From a virus, in IMG/VR virus record IMGVR_UViG_3300020051_000004: a stretch of DNA of 64,000 nt; one strand, 5' to 3'. Positions 1-10,222 of the stretch are shown here, one piece after another; positions within the stretch are counted from its first letter, which is position 1; every line of letters starts with the position of its first letter. The position numbers and the translations under genes were made by a program. A model generated the notes under the pieces. It saw only the letters and a program-made list of their open reading frames with translations, was not told where the DNA came from and did not search any database.

Positions 1-342
1 TTACAGCTACATAGCATCTTTTCAATTTCTTCCAGTTGATTATGATATTGATGCCATGACATTTAGGATGTGTACGAATTATGAGAGTTTTATAGTTAAC
101 ATGAGAATGGTAAAAGATTACGAAGTAGTCGGACACATCTTTGAAGATAATGAATCACAAACTAACCCTCTGGCCTAGCATTGCCGCCGTCATTATGTGG
201 CTAACCCCACTTCGATGCCAAGAAAAAGTTTCGCCGCCGAAACCAATTCTTGAGTTTAAACTAATTGAGCCAGGAATCCCTAGTTTTCCAAACATTCCGC
301 CAGTTTTGCCGCCGCCGAAACTAAACAACCAAAACTTGTCTC

Positions 343-795
343 TTGATCAAAAAAATAACAGACCCGAAAGAGTTTGAAATTTTATGCCGCCAAATCGCGG
401 CCAAATTCTCTAGCGAGAATGAAAAATACGGCCACTGGGAATCGAAAATCAACCCCGAATCTTTAATAAAGGCTTGGGGCGATTCTCGGTTGCTGAATTT
501 TCACTTACACGTTTGGGCTAATAAAGAGGAGGAGTATGATTCTGTTATCATGTTCCAAGGAGTGGACAACCACGTAACTGGCGAAAAACAGTGGCAAGAA
601 TATTTTTGGATTAGCAGCAACCCGAAAGTCTCGTTTCAACTTTTAAATCGGGCGAAAAAGTTTGGAAAGTCTCTCGGCTACAAGAAGATCATAATGTTCC
701 GCGTAATTAATTACCCGACTTCAGATAAACTTTGCAAAGTTTACGAAAAAATGGGCTTCAAAAAGGACTCCGAGATGTTTGTCTCAAATCTTTAA
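343..795 (+). CDS. GNAT-like acyltransferase fold protein
   Basis: C-terminal pattern typical of GNAT folds (LLNRAKKFGKSLGYKKI...LCKVYEKMGFKK). Confidence 0.45.
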   Translation: MIKKITDPKEFEILCRQIAAKFSSENEKYGHWESKINPESLIKAWGDSRLLNFHLHVWANKEEEYDSVIMFQGVDNHVTGEKQWQEYFWISSNPKVSFQLLNRAKKFGKSLGYKKIIMFRVINYPTSDKLCKVYEKMGFKKDSEMFVSNL

Positions 796-1862
796 AAGAA
801 ACTCGCGGCGAAAAATTCCGAAGAATCGCCAGAAGAAACCGCATCGCTATAGCCAACGCCATCAACGACAAGACCCATCCATGCAGCGCCAGAACCAGTT
901 ATGGTCCATGATCCTGTTCCAGTTGGCTCTCTAGACGAGCAAAGTTTAAAGTTTGGGTGAATCAAGCCACTTCCCAAATTATCGTCAAAAGCGTTTGCGT
1001 GATATAAAATTAGATTTGACGCTGAATATGGGCGCATTGTTAAGTAGTAATTCACGCCACTTTGCAATTCAACGCTTTGGCTAAACTCTAGGTAATGAAT
1101 ACCAGCACCAGCAGTTGGCGGCATATTTGTCCTGATTAGGCCAGAGGCAAGAACAGAAGACCCATTTGAGTCATAAATCAAAGCTGAACCACTAGCATCA
1201 GCATCCAACCAAGCCCAACACCCTTTAGCTCTTAGCGGACATTCTAACTGAAACTGATTACCAATATTATTAGGGGCCGAACCACTGTTAAAAGTTGAAG
1301 AGTTTAATTCTGAAATGGGGATACAGCCAAACGGCGAAATATAAGCTCCATCTGAATACTGCAAAGAAAATATCGGAGCGCCTTGAAGTGCCGCTGTAGG
1401 AGTTAAATTATTAACTAAAATATACGGCCCAAATAAATTTGAATCAGCAAACGAAGCAATTTGCAAACTTGTTGGAGTTCCAGAACTTACGTCTAATCTT
1501 GCCGCCAACCAGTCTCCTTTATTAACATTGGTGACGCCAGATAGCGTTGTTGGAAAAGACTTATTATCATCAGTGCTGGCGACAACAACAGAAGCGTTAC
1601 TTGAAGCGGATGCAAGTCTTCCAGTTGGAATACCAGAATCAAGGCTAGGAAGCTCCAATCTCACGTCCAAAGTACAGCCAGCACTAACACCAGCCGTTCG
1701 GAAAAACAGCCCGCTAATATCGCCGCTTTTTGGAGCTTGAAAAACAATGGAATATTCCCCAGTCGCCCCATTCACCCCAATATTTGAGATGAAACTAGGA
1801 ACCGTATCAGCCTCAAGCGGTGGCTCTGGATAAAATCGCGGCGCAATGTCTTTGTATGTCAT
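792..1862 (-). CDS. putative virion/tail-associated beta-rich protein
   Basis: 356 aa, rich in G/S/A/T, last gene of the tail operon, ATGA-coupled to the upstream fibre gene. Confidence 0.5.
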   Translation of the reverse strand: MTYKDIAPRFYPEPPLEADTVPSFISNIGVNGATGEYSIVFQAPKSGDISGLFFRTAGVSAGCTLDVRLELPSLDSGIPTGRLASASSNASVVVASTDDNKSFPTTLSGVTNVNKGDWLAARLDVSSGTPTSLQIASFADSNLFGPYILVNNLTPTAALQGAPIFSLQYSDGAYISPFGCIPISELNSSTFNSGSAPNNIGNQFQLECPLRAKGCWAWLDADASGSALIYDSNGSSVLASGLIRTNMPPTAGAGIHYLEFSQSVELQSGVNYYLTMRPYSASNLILYHANAFDDNLGSGLIHPNFKLCSSREPTGTGSWTITGSGAAWMGLVVDGVGYSDAVSSGDSSEFFAASFF

Positions 1863-4060
1863 GATTTTACGATCATTAGGTTAATATTAGCGAACTGAAC
1901 CCCACTAACAGAATTAATTTTGCACCCAAGGTAAGAATCTCTGCTTAACCCGCTTGTCCAACCAACCACATCTCCAGAATTTTTAATTTGCGCCGAAAGA
2001 TTTGGATTATTCGCGCTAACAATGTTTGTTAAAGCTGGAAAGCTTGAGTAATCTCCATAAACAATATCAAGATTAATTGATCCAGTGTTGGACGAAACAA
2101 CTTCCCAACCAGTTATGGTACAGTCAAAAGGAATTTTTGAATAACCTTTTACTCCAGTGGTTAAACTAGCGCCGCCTATAAATAGGTTGATTGTTCCCGT
2201 TTTGAGAGTGTTTAGCTGAGTCTGTAAATTTTCAGATGTAGTATTTACATAAGAAGCTGTCGCAAAAACTCCAGTATCATTTGGCCTCACAACGTCGCCC
2301 GTGACAAAATTTCCAGTATCACTAGGGCGAACCACGCTTCCTGTGGCGAAAACTCCTGTGTCGGAAGGTCTTACGACGTTTCCAGTTACGAATCCGCCAG
2401 TTTCAGATGGGCGCACCACATCACCAACAACAAAAGAACCTGTTTCTGACGGCCTAACTACAGAGCCAGTAACATAATTACCAGTCTGAGAGTTTAGAAG
2501 ATTGAATTGGCCGCTAAAATATCCACTAATACCAGAAACATAAGAAATCGAAGCATAAGACGAAAGATCAACACCAGTTAAATACCGTCCATCAAAATTA
2601 ACGAGGATTGTTCCGTTGTCGCCGCTTCTGTTTAAAGTTAAAACGCCGTTGCCAGTATTGAATTGGCCCGAATAAACAAACCAATTTTCGCCCGAAACAC
2701 TTTCTCCTGTTCCTTGTAAATCTGTGAAAGTGGTGGTTACAGTTGAGCCGTCTCTCTTGTAAAGAGACAATGTTTTAGAAGACGAACCAGAAACATTTGC
2801 GCCCGTTACATCAGTCAATAAAGGAGTCCACTGACCACTGTGACAAACATAAAGATTTTGGCCGCTTCCTGTTTGATAAAACGTGATTCCATCAAAAGGG
2901 CTAATCTGCGGAACTGAGTAACCAGTAAAAATACCACTCCTTTGACCGCTAGAACCAAACGGCGGAATACCTTCTGTGAAAGTTTTGGCCTCTTGAGGAT
3001 AGTCTAGAACGCCTGTTAGTTGTCCCGTCCAAAATAGTCCCGTCGAAAAATCATCATATGGAAGAACCTTGTAGTATAAAATTTCTCCTTTGGGCTGCTC
3101 CTCTTTATCTATTTGTAAAGAATAAGAAATATCTGAATCAAAAATAGGAACACTTTTCAGTAAGTTTCCGCTATTAGGAGAGAAAGAAGAATTTGCGCCT
3201 GTGAAAACATCAAATTGCCTGACCAAAAACTTCGTCCCATTATCTGGAACACTTAAAAATAAACTAACAGCGCCCGTTTGACCCTCTGAATATCCAGAAA
3301 CTTGCGCCGCATTAATTTGCGCGGGCAAATGATAAATTGTGAAATTGCTAAAATTAATTTCTGCGTTTTCTTGAAGCCTAAAATTTAATTGATAATAACG
3401 ATGAGCTTCGCCAGCAAAAGCCTCCTTGTTTTGCTCGTAAGTGAAAACATAGTTCGTAGAAGAAATACCGCTTCTAAAATTAGAGCCGCTAGGAGCAACG
3501 CTTCCTCCCGTGTGATAAACATCAAATCCAATGGAAACGTCAACAAAACTATTCGCCAAATCAAAATCATTAGAAATAGCGTTCCCAAACCGATCCTCGA
3601 ATTGAAAATCGAACGGCACATCTTTTTTCAGCGCTACAGAATAGCCAATGCCCGTTCCATTTGATCCGTCAGAAGGAACAAAAGAAGAAGGAAAACCAAT
3701 ATCAGGAGGACTCTCGAAAACAAATGGCGCGGGAGTAGTTGTTGGCGCTGGTGTTGTCGGGGGTGGCGTGGTTGGCGTGGGAGTAGTTGTGGGAGGAGGC
3801 GTCGTTGGCGGCGGGGTAGTCGGCGGCAACGTCGTCGTGGGCGGCAGTGTAGTAGTCGGAGGTGGAGTTGTGGTCGGCGGAGGCGTCGTCGTAGGGGGTG
3901 GCGTTGTCGGCGGAGGAGTCGTTGGTGGTGGGGTTGTGGGTGGCTCTGTCGTGGGAGGCGGAGTCGTTGGCGGAAGTGTAGTAGTTGGAGGAGGCGTTGT
4001 CGTAGGTGGCAACGTCGTCGTAGGTGGTAAAGTGGTGGTAGGAGGAAGAGTAGTTGTCAC
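1859..4060 (-). CDS. tail fibre-like protein with N-terminal Pro/Thr low-complexity region and 13-aa internal repeats
   Basis: GTG start overlaps the gpJ TGA stop; PT-rich N-terminus; FN3-like middle (YYKVLPYDDF); VVRP repeats; C-terminal domain with IPFDCTITGWEV. Confidence 0.6.
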   Translation of the reverse strand: MTTTLPPTTTLPPTTTLPPTTTPPPTTTLPPTTPPPTTEPPTTPPPTTPPPTTPPPTTTPPPTTTPPPTTTLPPTTTLPPTTPPPTTPPPTTTPTPTTPPPTTPAPTTTPAPFVFESPPDIGFPSSFVPSDGSNGTGIGYSVALKKDVPFDFQFEDRFGNAISNDFDLANSFVDVSIGFDVYHTGGSVAPSGSNFRSGISSTNYVFTYEQNKEAFAGEAHRYYQLNFRLQENAEINFSNFTIYHLPAQINAAQVSGYSEGQTGAVSLFLSVPDNGTKFLVRQFDVFTGANSSFSPNSGNLLKSVPIFDSDISYSLQIDKEEQPKGEILYYKVLPYDDFSTGLFWTGQLTGVLDYPQEAKTFTEGIPPFGSSGQRSGIFTGYSVPQISPFDGITFYQTGSGQNLYVCHSGQWTPLLTDVTGANVSGSSSKTLSLYKRDGSTVTTTFTDLQGTGESVSGENWFVYSGQFNTGNGVLTLNRSGDNGTILVNFDGRYLTGVDLSSYASISYVSGISGYFSGQFNLLNSQTGNYVTGSVVRPSETGSFVVGDVVRPSETGGFVTGNVVRPSDTGVFATGSVVRPSDTGNFVTGDVVRPNDTGVFATASYVNTTSENLQTQLNTLKTGTINLFIGGASLTTGVKGYSKIPFDCTITGWEVVSSNTGSINLDIVYGDYSSFPALTNIVSANNPNLSAQIKNSGDVVGWTSGLSRDSYLGCKINSVSGVQFANINLMIVKS
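2258..2486 (-). repeat. five 13-aa tandem repeats (G[S/D/N]VVRP[S/N][E/D]TGxF[V/A]x)
   Basis: Visible in the translation of 1859..4060. Confidence 0.9.
3725..4060 (-). repeat. mucin-like (PTTT[L/P]P)n repeat, ~110 aa
   Basis: Protein-level repeat encoded with heavily diversified synonymous codons. Confidence 0.9.
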
Positions 4061-7000
4061 TGCTTAATTTTTATTCCCGCGAAAATGCTGTTGTTTCTGA
4101 TTGGTGCTGAGTAAGATAACACTACAATACCTGAAGAATTGGTTGGCCCAATAGGATTAGGAATAGATTCCTCATTTCGTGCCGAAACTTTAAAAACAAA
4201 TCGGCCCGCTTGAGTTTGATCCGTGAAAACTGCATGGTTTCCAGTTGTTCTTCCTGTAATCGAATTGAACTTTGGCGTGATTAATTCGTAATCATAGCTC
4301 GTGGCATTAGAAGCTGCTTGCCAACTTCCAGAAATGTCTATAGAGTCCGCTTGTTGGTCGTAGTTTCCAGTAGTTACAGAATTTATAACAGGGTATCCAA
4401 GCTGATACAAGAAGCTCTGCCGAATAGTTTCGGAACCCTGAGTAGGAGAAGTGACGTTAGGATAATTATTATAAAAATCAACTAAACTTTGGCCGCTTTC
4501 AATTTGTCCGAACTTGCCAGTGTCAAATTTAATCGCCGCCACTTCATATTCTACAGAAGAAGATTCTTTAACTGTAGTGAGTTTGTAAATTTCCTGTTGA
4601 AGGCCGCTTAGAGTAACCGAGTAAATGCCGCCAATTTTAGCTTTGTCTAGCAAAGCAATGTTTTCGCCCGTCGCATTTAAATATAATTTTGATCCAAAAG
4701 AAAGATTTTCGTGCCCAGTAATTGAAAACGTCGCGATTTGCGGAACGTCATTCGCATACAAGTAGTTCATACTGAGTTTAGAAGGACTAACGGCGCGATT
4801 GTAGTAATCCGCGTAAGTATTTTGCCCAGTAGGAATAAACAAAGAAACTTCGTTGAAAAATTTGGCCGAATCAAACGAATCATCGACTCTCAAAATTCTA
4901 TTGGAATAATCAATATCCAAAACACGGCCAATGTTTTTTTGCAACGATTTAAGATCATCCTCGACACTAATCAAATCTCCTGGCTTGCAAGATAAAATTT
5001 CGGGGCCGCAAACAAATGATACCGCCTGATTCTCATTAACTGTAGAGTAAATTACGTGTTTACCAATGCGGTTAGCGTGAGCACGCGAGGTTATTCCATA
5101 AGTATCAATTTCAGTTCTTAAAACGCCGCGCTTCTTAATGTCTTCCGAGTCTTCAATGTATTCAACCTTTGCTTTAAAAGAGTCGTCACGGTCAAAGTAG
5201 TTGACTTCCAATGTGTTATACTGCTCGTCTCTACGAGAGTTTGTGTAATTGAAAATTCCCTCACGAACATTTTGGTTATTGAAAAACGCTTTAGGAAGTT
5301 TTACTCGGTCATCAGTAAAGTCAATATAAGAATTTGAGTAAAAAACATTACCACGGAATGCCGCCGAAATATTTTGAATCGCGTCAAAAACATTCACATT
5401 GTCGCCAATGATAATATTGCAAGAATATCTTGGTTCTAATCCACCAGTTGCACTAGGAACACCAGTAAAAACGCCATCATCATTTACAGCATCACAAAAG
5501 CGACCGATTTTATAAAGCTCCCAAACGTTCACATCGCTCGCTTCAATGAAATTGCCAAGCCCGTATCTCTTGTTGGTCAAAAGATCAAAAACAATCCACA
5601 CAGGGTTATCGCTCCACGCTTCTTTAAATGTTCCGTCCCATTCTCCATTGTAGATAATTTTATCAGATTCAGGCGCGGCAATAAATTCTGAGGTCGTTTT
5701 GTATAGCCTTTTATCTGTTCCATTTGTGCGAAGAGGATAGTAGTTGCTAGGAACAAGAATCCTTTTTAAGCGAGCGTCGTAAGAACGAGGAGGCAGGCTC
5801 GAAAGTGTTCTTGAGTCTAATTTGACGCCAACAATAGCCGAGTTAGGATAGGAAAATTTAGCATTGATAATCTCAGTAACTTTTTCAAGAGAAATTTCGC
5901 GCCGAATCAAAGAAGAATACGTCTCTGGTGTTAGTCGTGTGACTCGAATATAACGAAACGATCCATCAGTTGACTGAGGAATAGCTAAAGCAGACGCCAC
6001 ATTATCTGGCCCCTGAATAAACCGAGAGTAAGACGCCAAACTATTAGCATTTTCAGTGCGCCCAATATCAATTAAAACGGGCGATTCTGTTAACCCAGTA
6101 ATCTGAAAATCAAGGATTTCTGTGGGGTCTCGCTCTACGCCATTTAAATCTTGAAGACCCATTTCGATGCGAAACTTAACAAGCGTTGGGATTCTTGTTC
6201 CAGCGTCAATGTTTTCGCCGATACCTTTAATGTCTTTTGTTTTTTCAACAGTGTCACTTAAAACGCGCACGCCCATTGTTACGTAAACAGATGAAACGTT
6301 AGGGTTTTTAATTACATGAGTAACAGCATTAGGTTCTTCGTCAAATTGAGAATATGATCCAGCACTCCAATTTGAATAGCTTTTTCCGCCGCGAGTGTCG
6401 TTTGAACCTTCAAAATCACCAACGGCAATAAGAGATGCTGCGATTTGTTTTTTAAAGCTATCTATCTTATAAGTTACATCCGTAATCTTTTCGTCCGATA
6501 CGTTTTCTTCAAATGGATTGCTCTGTCGATCAAATGCCATTTGGATTTCAGACTTGTACTCATACTTCTTTAATGAACGAGTGAATACATCTCCAGTTTT
6601 TGTAAAAATAAACTTGTAAAAAGTGTCAGGCTTAGTTGTTAGGAATTCGTTTTCGGATAATTTGATTGCGCCGTCTTTTCTTTTTTTTGGCCATAAAACC
6701 TCTACTTGAAAGTTGCCGTTGTCGTTCAAATAGACCTGTTTAAGCTTTCTTAGGCCCCTGTTTCTATAATTTCGCGCCGCCTTATAGAACTTTCCATTTT
6801 TCAAGAGAAATTCTTGCAAATTCCATTCTTCAGCTAGAAAATTTCTATCTTCTTCTGAAATGTAAGCTCCTTCTTGGAAAGATGTGTATTCAAATGGAGA
6901 TGGAAAAATGTCAATGACGCCATTTTTAGGTATTTTTGGCGCAAAATTTTTAATTCTAGGAGTTTGACCCTGAGTAGAGAAAGGGCCAAGCAACTTGATC

Positions 7001-8139
7001 CCGTAGTTTTTGTCAAGGTAAGTTTTATCAAAAAACCCGAGAGATGACTGAAGTTCTTCGCCGTTTTTTATTTCAGCGAGAATATTATAGTAATTATACT
7101 TTTCCGAAGAAAAGTCAATCATGTAAAAATTCTTAACATTAGAAGAAATGGCCTCGACTGTTTCATGGGTTGGATAACCATTCTCCTGAACGCCAAAGAT
7201 ATAAATGCTGCCGCAAATTTTAACGTCGCTTGTAGAAGCTCCAAGACTTAAATACGACATGTCTAGCCACCTAAGAGGTCTTAAAACTCGACGCTTACCA
7301 ATTTCAGAAATTTCTAGCTTCTCAAAAACATAACTTGAAATATCAGAATCTAAGTAAGCTGAGCAAAATTTATTAACGCCGAATTCCCCAGCATCCTGAA
7401 CTGGTCTGGATGATTGAGAGTAGAAATCGCCAAGGTTAATCTTGATGCAAAAAAACGGATAATCCGTTGACGATGGAAAATCTTTCAGTAAGCTTGTCTC
7501 TATTGACGAAAAAGTAGAGTAACCATCAAACCTTAAAAGTTTTTGGCGCGAAATTGATTTACAAGTACTGTCTTGTTTCTTATCAACGGATACTCTTTTT
7601 AGGTCGTTAATCCCGCGAAGTATGCATTTAGCAATATTTGTTTTGCCGCTAACTATTTCTGCTGAAATATTCCCAGAATCTACAAAGTGAAATTTATAAG
7701 GGTCGCTTACATTTCTATCGCTTTGGTAAGAGCCGTCTTGAAGACTTAACGAAGACAAGCTTTTGTCAATTGTTTCGCCGCTTTCATTTTTCCAAACGTT
7801 CGAGATAGCGGCAGCTAAATTTTCCAAAGAAACGCTTGCTTTTTCAATACTCTCATCAAAAGGATTGATTGTCTTTTTAACGGGAACGTCATCAATATAA
7901 ATGCTTTCAAAGATTCTGTACCCATCAACAATTTCGCCGTTTTGATTGACTAATCCTTCAATTGGACCTTCTCCAAGCATGTCAATACTCTCACTATAGG
8001 AATACGACGACAAGGAACGCAGTTTCCCGAGCTTTGGGGGCAAAAGGGTGGCTGGAGGCGGAGGATCAGGACGGTCTTGTTTTTTGCCGCCGCCAGCGCC
8101 ATGAATTAAGGAGAAGTTTCTGGTTAAAAAGTGTTTCAA
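4057..8139 (-). CDS. tail tip / host-specificity protein, lambda gpJ-like
   Basis: gpJ motifs GEGPIEGLV, WSDNPVWIVFDLLTNKRYGLG, EPRYSCN, KPGDLISVED; position after L-K-I. Confidence 0.9.
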   Translation of the reverse strand: MKHFLTRNFSLIHGAGGGKKQDRPDPPPPATLLPPKLGKLRSLSSYSYSESIDMLGEGPIEGLVNQNGEIVDGYRIFESIYIDDVPVKKTINPFDESIEKASVSLENLAAAISNVWKNESGETIDKSLSSLSLQDGSYQSDRNVSDPYKFHFVDSGNISAEIVSGKTNIAKCILRGINDLKRVSVDKKQDSTCKSISRQKLLRFDGYSTFSSIETSLLKDFPSSTDYPFFCIKINLGDFYSQSSRPVQDAGEFGVNKFCSAYLDSDISSYVFEKLEISEIGKRRVLRPLRWLDMSYLSLGASTSDVKICGSIYIFGVQENGYPTHETVEAISSNVKNFYMIDFSSEKYNYYNILAEIKNGEELQSSLGFFDKTYLDKNYGIKLLGPFSTQGQTPRIKNFAPKIPKNGVIDIFPSPFEYTSFQEGAYISEEDRNFLAEEWNLQEFLLKNGKFYKAARNYRNRGLRKLKQVYLNDNGNFQVEVLWPKKRKDGAIKLSENEFLTTKPDTFYKFIFTKTGDVFTRSLKKYEYKSEIQMAFDRQSNPFEENVSDEKITDVTYKIDSFKKQIAASLIAVGDFEGSNDTRGGKSYSNWSAGSYSQFDEEPNAVTHVIKNPNVSSVYVTMGVRVLSDTVEKTKDIKGIGENIDAGTRIPTLVKFRIEMGLQDLNGVERDPTEILDFQITGLTESPVLIDIGRTENANSLASYSRFIQGPDNVASALAIPQSTDGSFRYIRVTRLTPETYSSLIRREISLEKVTEIINAKFSYPNSAIVGVKLDSRTLSSLPPRSYDARLKRILVPSNYYPLRTNGTDKRLYKTTSEFIAAPESDKIIYNGEWDGTFKEAWSDNPVWIVFDLLTNKRYGLGNFIEASDVNVWELYKIGRFCDAVNDDGVFTGVPSATGGLEPRYSCNIIIGDNVNVFDAIQNISAAFRGNVFYSNSYIDFTDDRVKLPKAFFNNQNVREGIFNYTNSRRDEQYNTLEVNYFDRDDSFKAKVEYIEDSEDIKKRGVLRTEIDTYGITSRAHANRIGKHVIYSTVNENQAVSFVCGPEILSCKPGDLISVEDDLKSLQKNIGRVLDIDYSNRILRVDDSFDSAKFFNEVSLFIPTGQNTYADYYNRAVSPSKLSMNYLYANDVPQIATFSITGHENLSFGSKLYLNATGENIALLDKAKIGGIYSVTLSGLQQEIYKLTTVKESSSVEYEVAAIKFDTGKFGQIESGQSLVDFYNNYPNVTSPTQGSETIRQSFLYQLGYPVINSVTTGNYDQQADSIDISGSWQAASNATSYDYELITPKFNSITGRTTGNHAVFTDQTQAGRFVFKVSARNEESIPNPIGPTNSSGIVVLSYSAPIRNNSIFAGIKIKQ

Positions 8140-8837
8140 TTGTTTGTTTGAATTTCGTCTTGGTTGTCAACGTAAGCCATGTATGAACCGCCTTTTTTTG
8201 TGGCTGTTTGGGTAAATTCGTTAAAGATTGGCAGACCGTTCTTCTCGTCAAATTTGGCAGGGAAACTTTTAATGGTTGATTGAATCACGGCAGAACCGAT
8301 TCTTAGTCTGCCATATCCAAGAGGCACGGGGTTCCCTTGTTCAGCAACATTTTCGCCATTTGAGAAAAGAAAGGATTTATTTAGGGCATTTGCTCTGGCA
8401 GAAGCAGAGCCAGCGTCTTTGGCTGTTTGACCAGAATCCTTCATTAGCAAATTTGAAATACCATAAGAAAGAGCTGCCGATCCCACGGTTATCAGAATAG
8501 TTGACAATAAAGCGTAACTTGTCCCAAGGGTTCCAGCATAAAGACCCCCTACTGTGGCTACAACACCAATAACAGCCGCCACTCCAGCGCTACCAATGAT
8601 AGAAGGAACAACATGAACCTCCTTGATATTCTTGATAGACAATGGAGAATGCTCTAACTTTCCATCAACAACTAAAGAATAGTGAGCGCCTTTTTTGCTT
8701 AATTCAATGATCCTATTGCAGAATCCAGTTTTGTTTGCATCAATAGCTTTTAACGCATCGCTGGCACGGGAAAGCGAAAATTTAAACTTTCGCCCAAATT
8801 CCTTTCCTAAAAGTCCGTGAACATAAACAGTTGTCAT
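8136..8837 (-). CDS. tail assembly protein, lambda gpI-like
   Basis: N-terminal VHGLLGKEFG, hydrophobic middle, SFLFS...EQGNPVPLGYGRLRIGSAVI. Confidence 0.88.
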   Translation of the reverse strand: MTTVYVHGLLGKEFGRKFKFSLSRASDALKAIDANKTGFCNRIIELSKKGAHYSLVVDGKLEHSPLSIKNIKEVHVVPSIIGSAGVAAVIGVVATVGGLYAGTLGTSYALLSTILITVGSAALSYGISNLLMKDSGQTAKDAGSASARANALNKSFLFSNGENVAEQGNPVPLGYGRLRIGSAVIQSTIKSFPAKFDEKNGLPIFNEFTQTATKKGGSYMAYVDNQDEIQTNN

Positions 8838-9214
8838 AGCGCATCCTTTAACCTGCTTAGATTTACACTGTCTAGTTCATTAGACTCTGGAACATACAGT
8901 GCAAATTTTCCTTCTGGCACGGAATAAACAACGAACGGCAAACAACAGTTCTCAGAAGTCGCCTCGTCAAAAGCTGAAAACTGCGAATCCCCATAAATAT
9001 GGGAATGAAGAACGGCCAAAAATAAATAATTACTTTTAAATTCTAAAAACTCAAGAGGATCAACGGCGAAATAATTTTGAGGGTCGGGCGAGCGGTTTTT
9101 AATTAATTTTAATTCGGCGCTTTCTTCTTTCAAGCCCAAGAATGCAATAATTTCCTTATTATTGTCGGAAATCGCGCTAGTTTTAAAAAGCTCTAAACAG
9201 TCTTTTATAGTCAT
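8834..9214 (-). CDS. tail assembly protein K-like (JAB/MPN domain only)
   Basis: E...HSH-x7-S-x2-D JAMM motif (VLHSHIYGDSQFSAFD); located between L and I; no NlpC/P60 domain. Confidence 0.8.
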   Translation of the reverse strand: MTIKDCLELFKTSAISDNNKEIIAFLGLKEESAELKLIKNRSPDPQNYFAVDPLEFLEFKSNYLFLAVLHSHIYGDSQFSAFDEATSENCCLPFVVYSVPEGKFALYVPESNELDSVNLSRLKDAL

Positions 9215-10191
9215 TGCGAGCCTTTCGAGTAACGATCAACTGCTGGATAGCCGCCAAAAGACATACTTCTATCTTCTTCTGGGATACCAAAACACAATGG
9301 GTTAGCGATTGTTGATCCGTCAATGTATGAAATTCCTGTTTGAAGAAATCTTTTATCGCAAGCAAAAACCTTTTTTGAGCATCCTTCTTTTTCCCAAGTA
9401 GTTGGACTTTGCGTAGGAGAGTTTGTCTCGTTGGAAACATGATCAACTGTTGAAACGTAGTAAGTTTTATAAGGGTCTTTGCCCAAAGGAACAAAGCAGT
9501 GGTCGCCGCTAGAATAGTTATGGCCGTATTTCCATTCTTTTTCAGCGTCTTGAAAATTAAATTTACCTGTAGGAGCAACTGAAAACGGCGTTCCATCTTC
9601 TTTTTCAACAAGCGGCCCCCAATAATTGCATCCGCATCCGCGATACTGAAAAGAGCAATAATTACTAGAGATTTTCCTCCCAGGAATTGTGTAGTCGCTC
9701 AAATCGTAGGGAACCGTGCATTCAAATTCTACCATGTCTCGGTTTTCGCCGAGTTTTTGAGACAAAACGAACGTATCAACAATCTCTTGAGTTGGGTCAG
9801 GAGTTCCAAAAGGATTTTCGCCGCCATCAAAATTTCGATCATCCAAGAATCTCATTTGAGTGCGAATGCGAGCAATTTTCGCATCTTTCAAGTCGTTCTT
9901 TTTGCGGAGAATCTGGGAGATTAGCAGGTTTTCATTGCTGATGCGGAGTTTTGGCCGTTGGATTCTTCCTAGCGAACCATATTCAAGATTCTCGATTTCA
10001 ATAGGAAGAGCGTTATATTGAACGCCTTGCCAGTAAATAGTGTTGCCATACCCATTTGTGGACGAGCACATAGGGTAAAAGCTACTTGGCTCATTTACGG
10101 GATCGTAGTAAAGGCGAAAAAACTCCACCTGCTGACTTCCAGGGTCGTTAATGGAAAGTAGTCCTGCAATAAATTTTTCGGAAAGAGCCAT
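9211..10191 (-). CDS. minor tail protein, lambda gpL-like
   Basis: WQGVQYNALPIE, RPKLRISN, RIRT..RFLD..NF, and Fe-S cysteines (CSFQYRGCGCNY; CSKKVFAC). Confidence 0.9.
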   Translation of the reverse strand: MALSEKFIAGLLSINDPGSQQVEFFRLYYDPVNEPSSFYPMCSSTNGYGNTIYWQGVQYNALPIEIENLEYGSLGRIQRPKLRISNENLLISQILRKKNDLKDAKIARIRTQMRFLDDRNFDGGENPFGTPDPTQEIVDTFVLSQKLGENRDMVEFECTVPYDLSDYTIPGRKISSNYCSFQYRGCGCNYWGPLVEKEDGTPFSVAPTGKFNFQDAEKEWKYGHNYSSGDHCFVPLGKDPYKTYYVSTVDHVSNETNSPTQSPTTWEKEGCSKKVFACDKRFLQTGISYIDGSTIANPLCFGIPEEDRSMSFGGYPAVDRYSKGSQ

Positions 10192-10222
10192 GAAGTTTTT
10201 TAGTAATGTATATTAGCAACCA

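Noticed and set aside
3648-4067. 139-aa Val/Gly-rich plus-strand ORF
   Set aside because: It is the antisense shadow of the Pro/Thr repeat and lies against the orientation of the tail operon.
792-8139. Diversity-generating retroelement or invertible tail-fibre locus
   Set aside because: No reverse transcriptase, invertase, or template/variable repeat pair is seen in the window.
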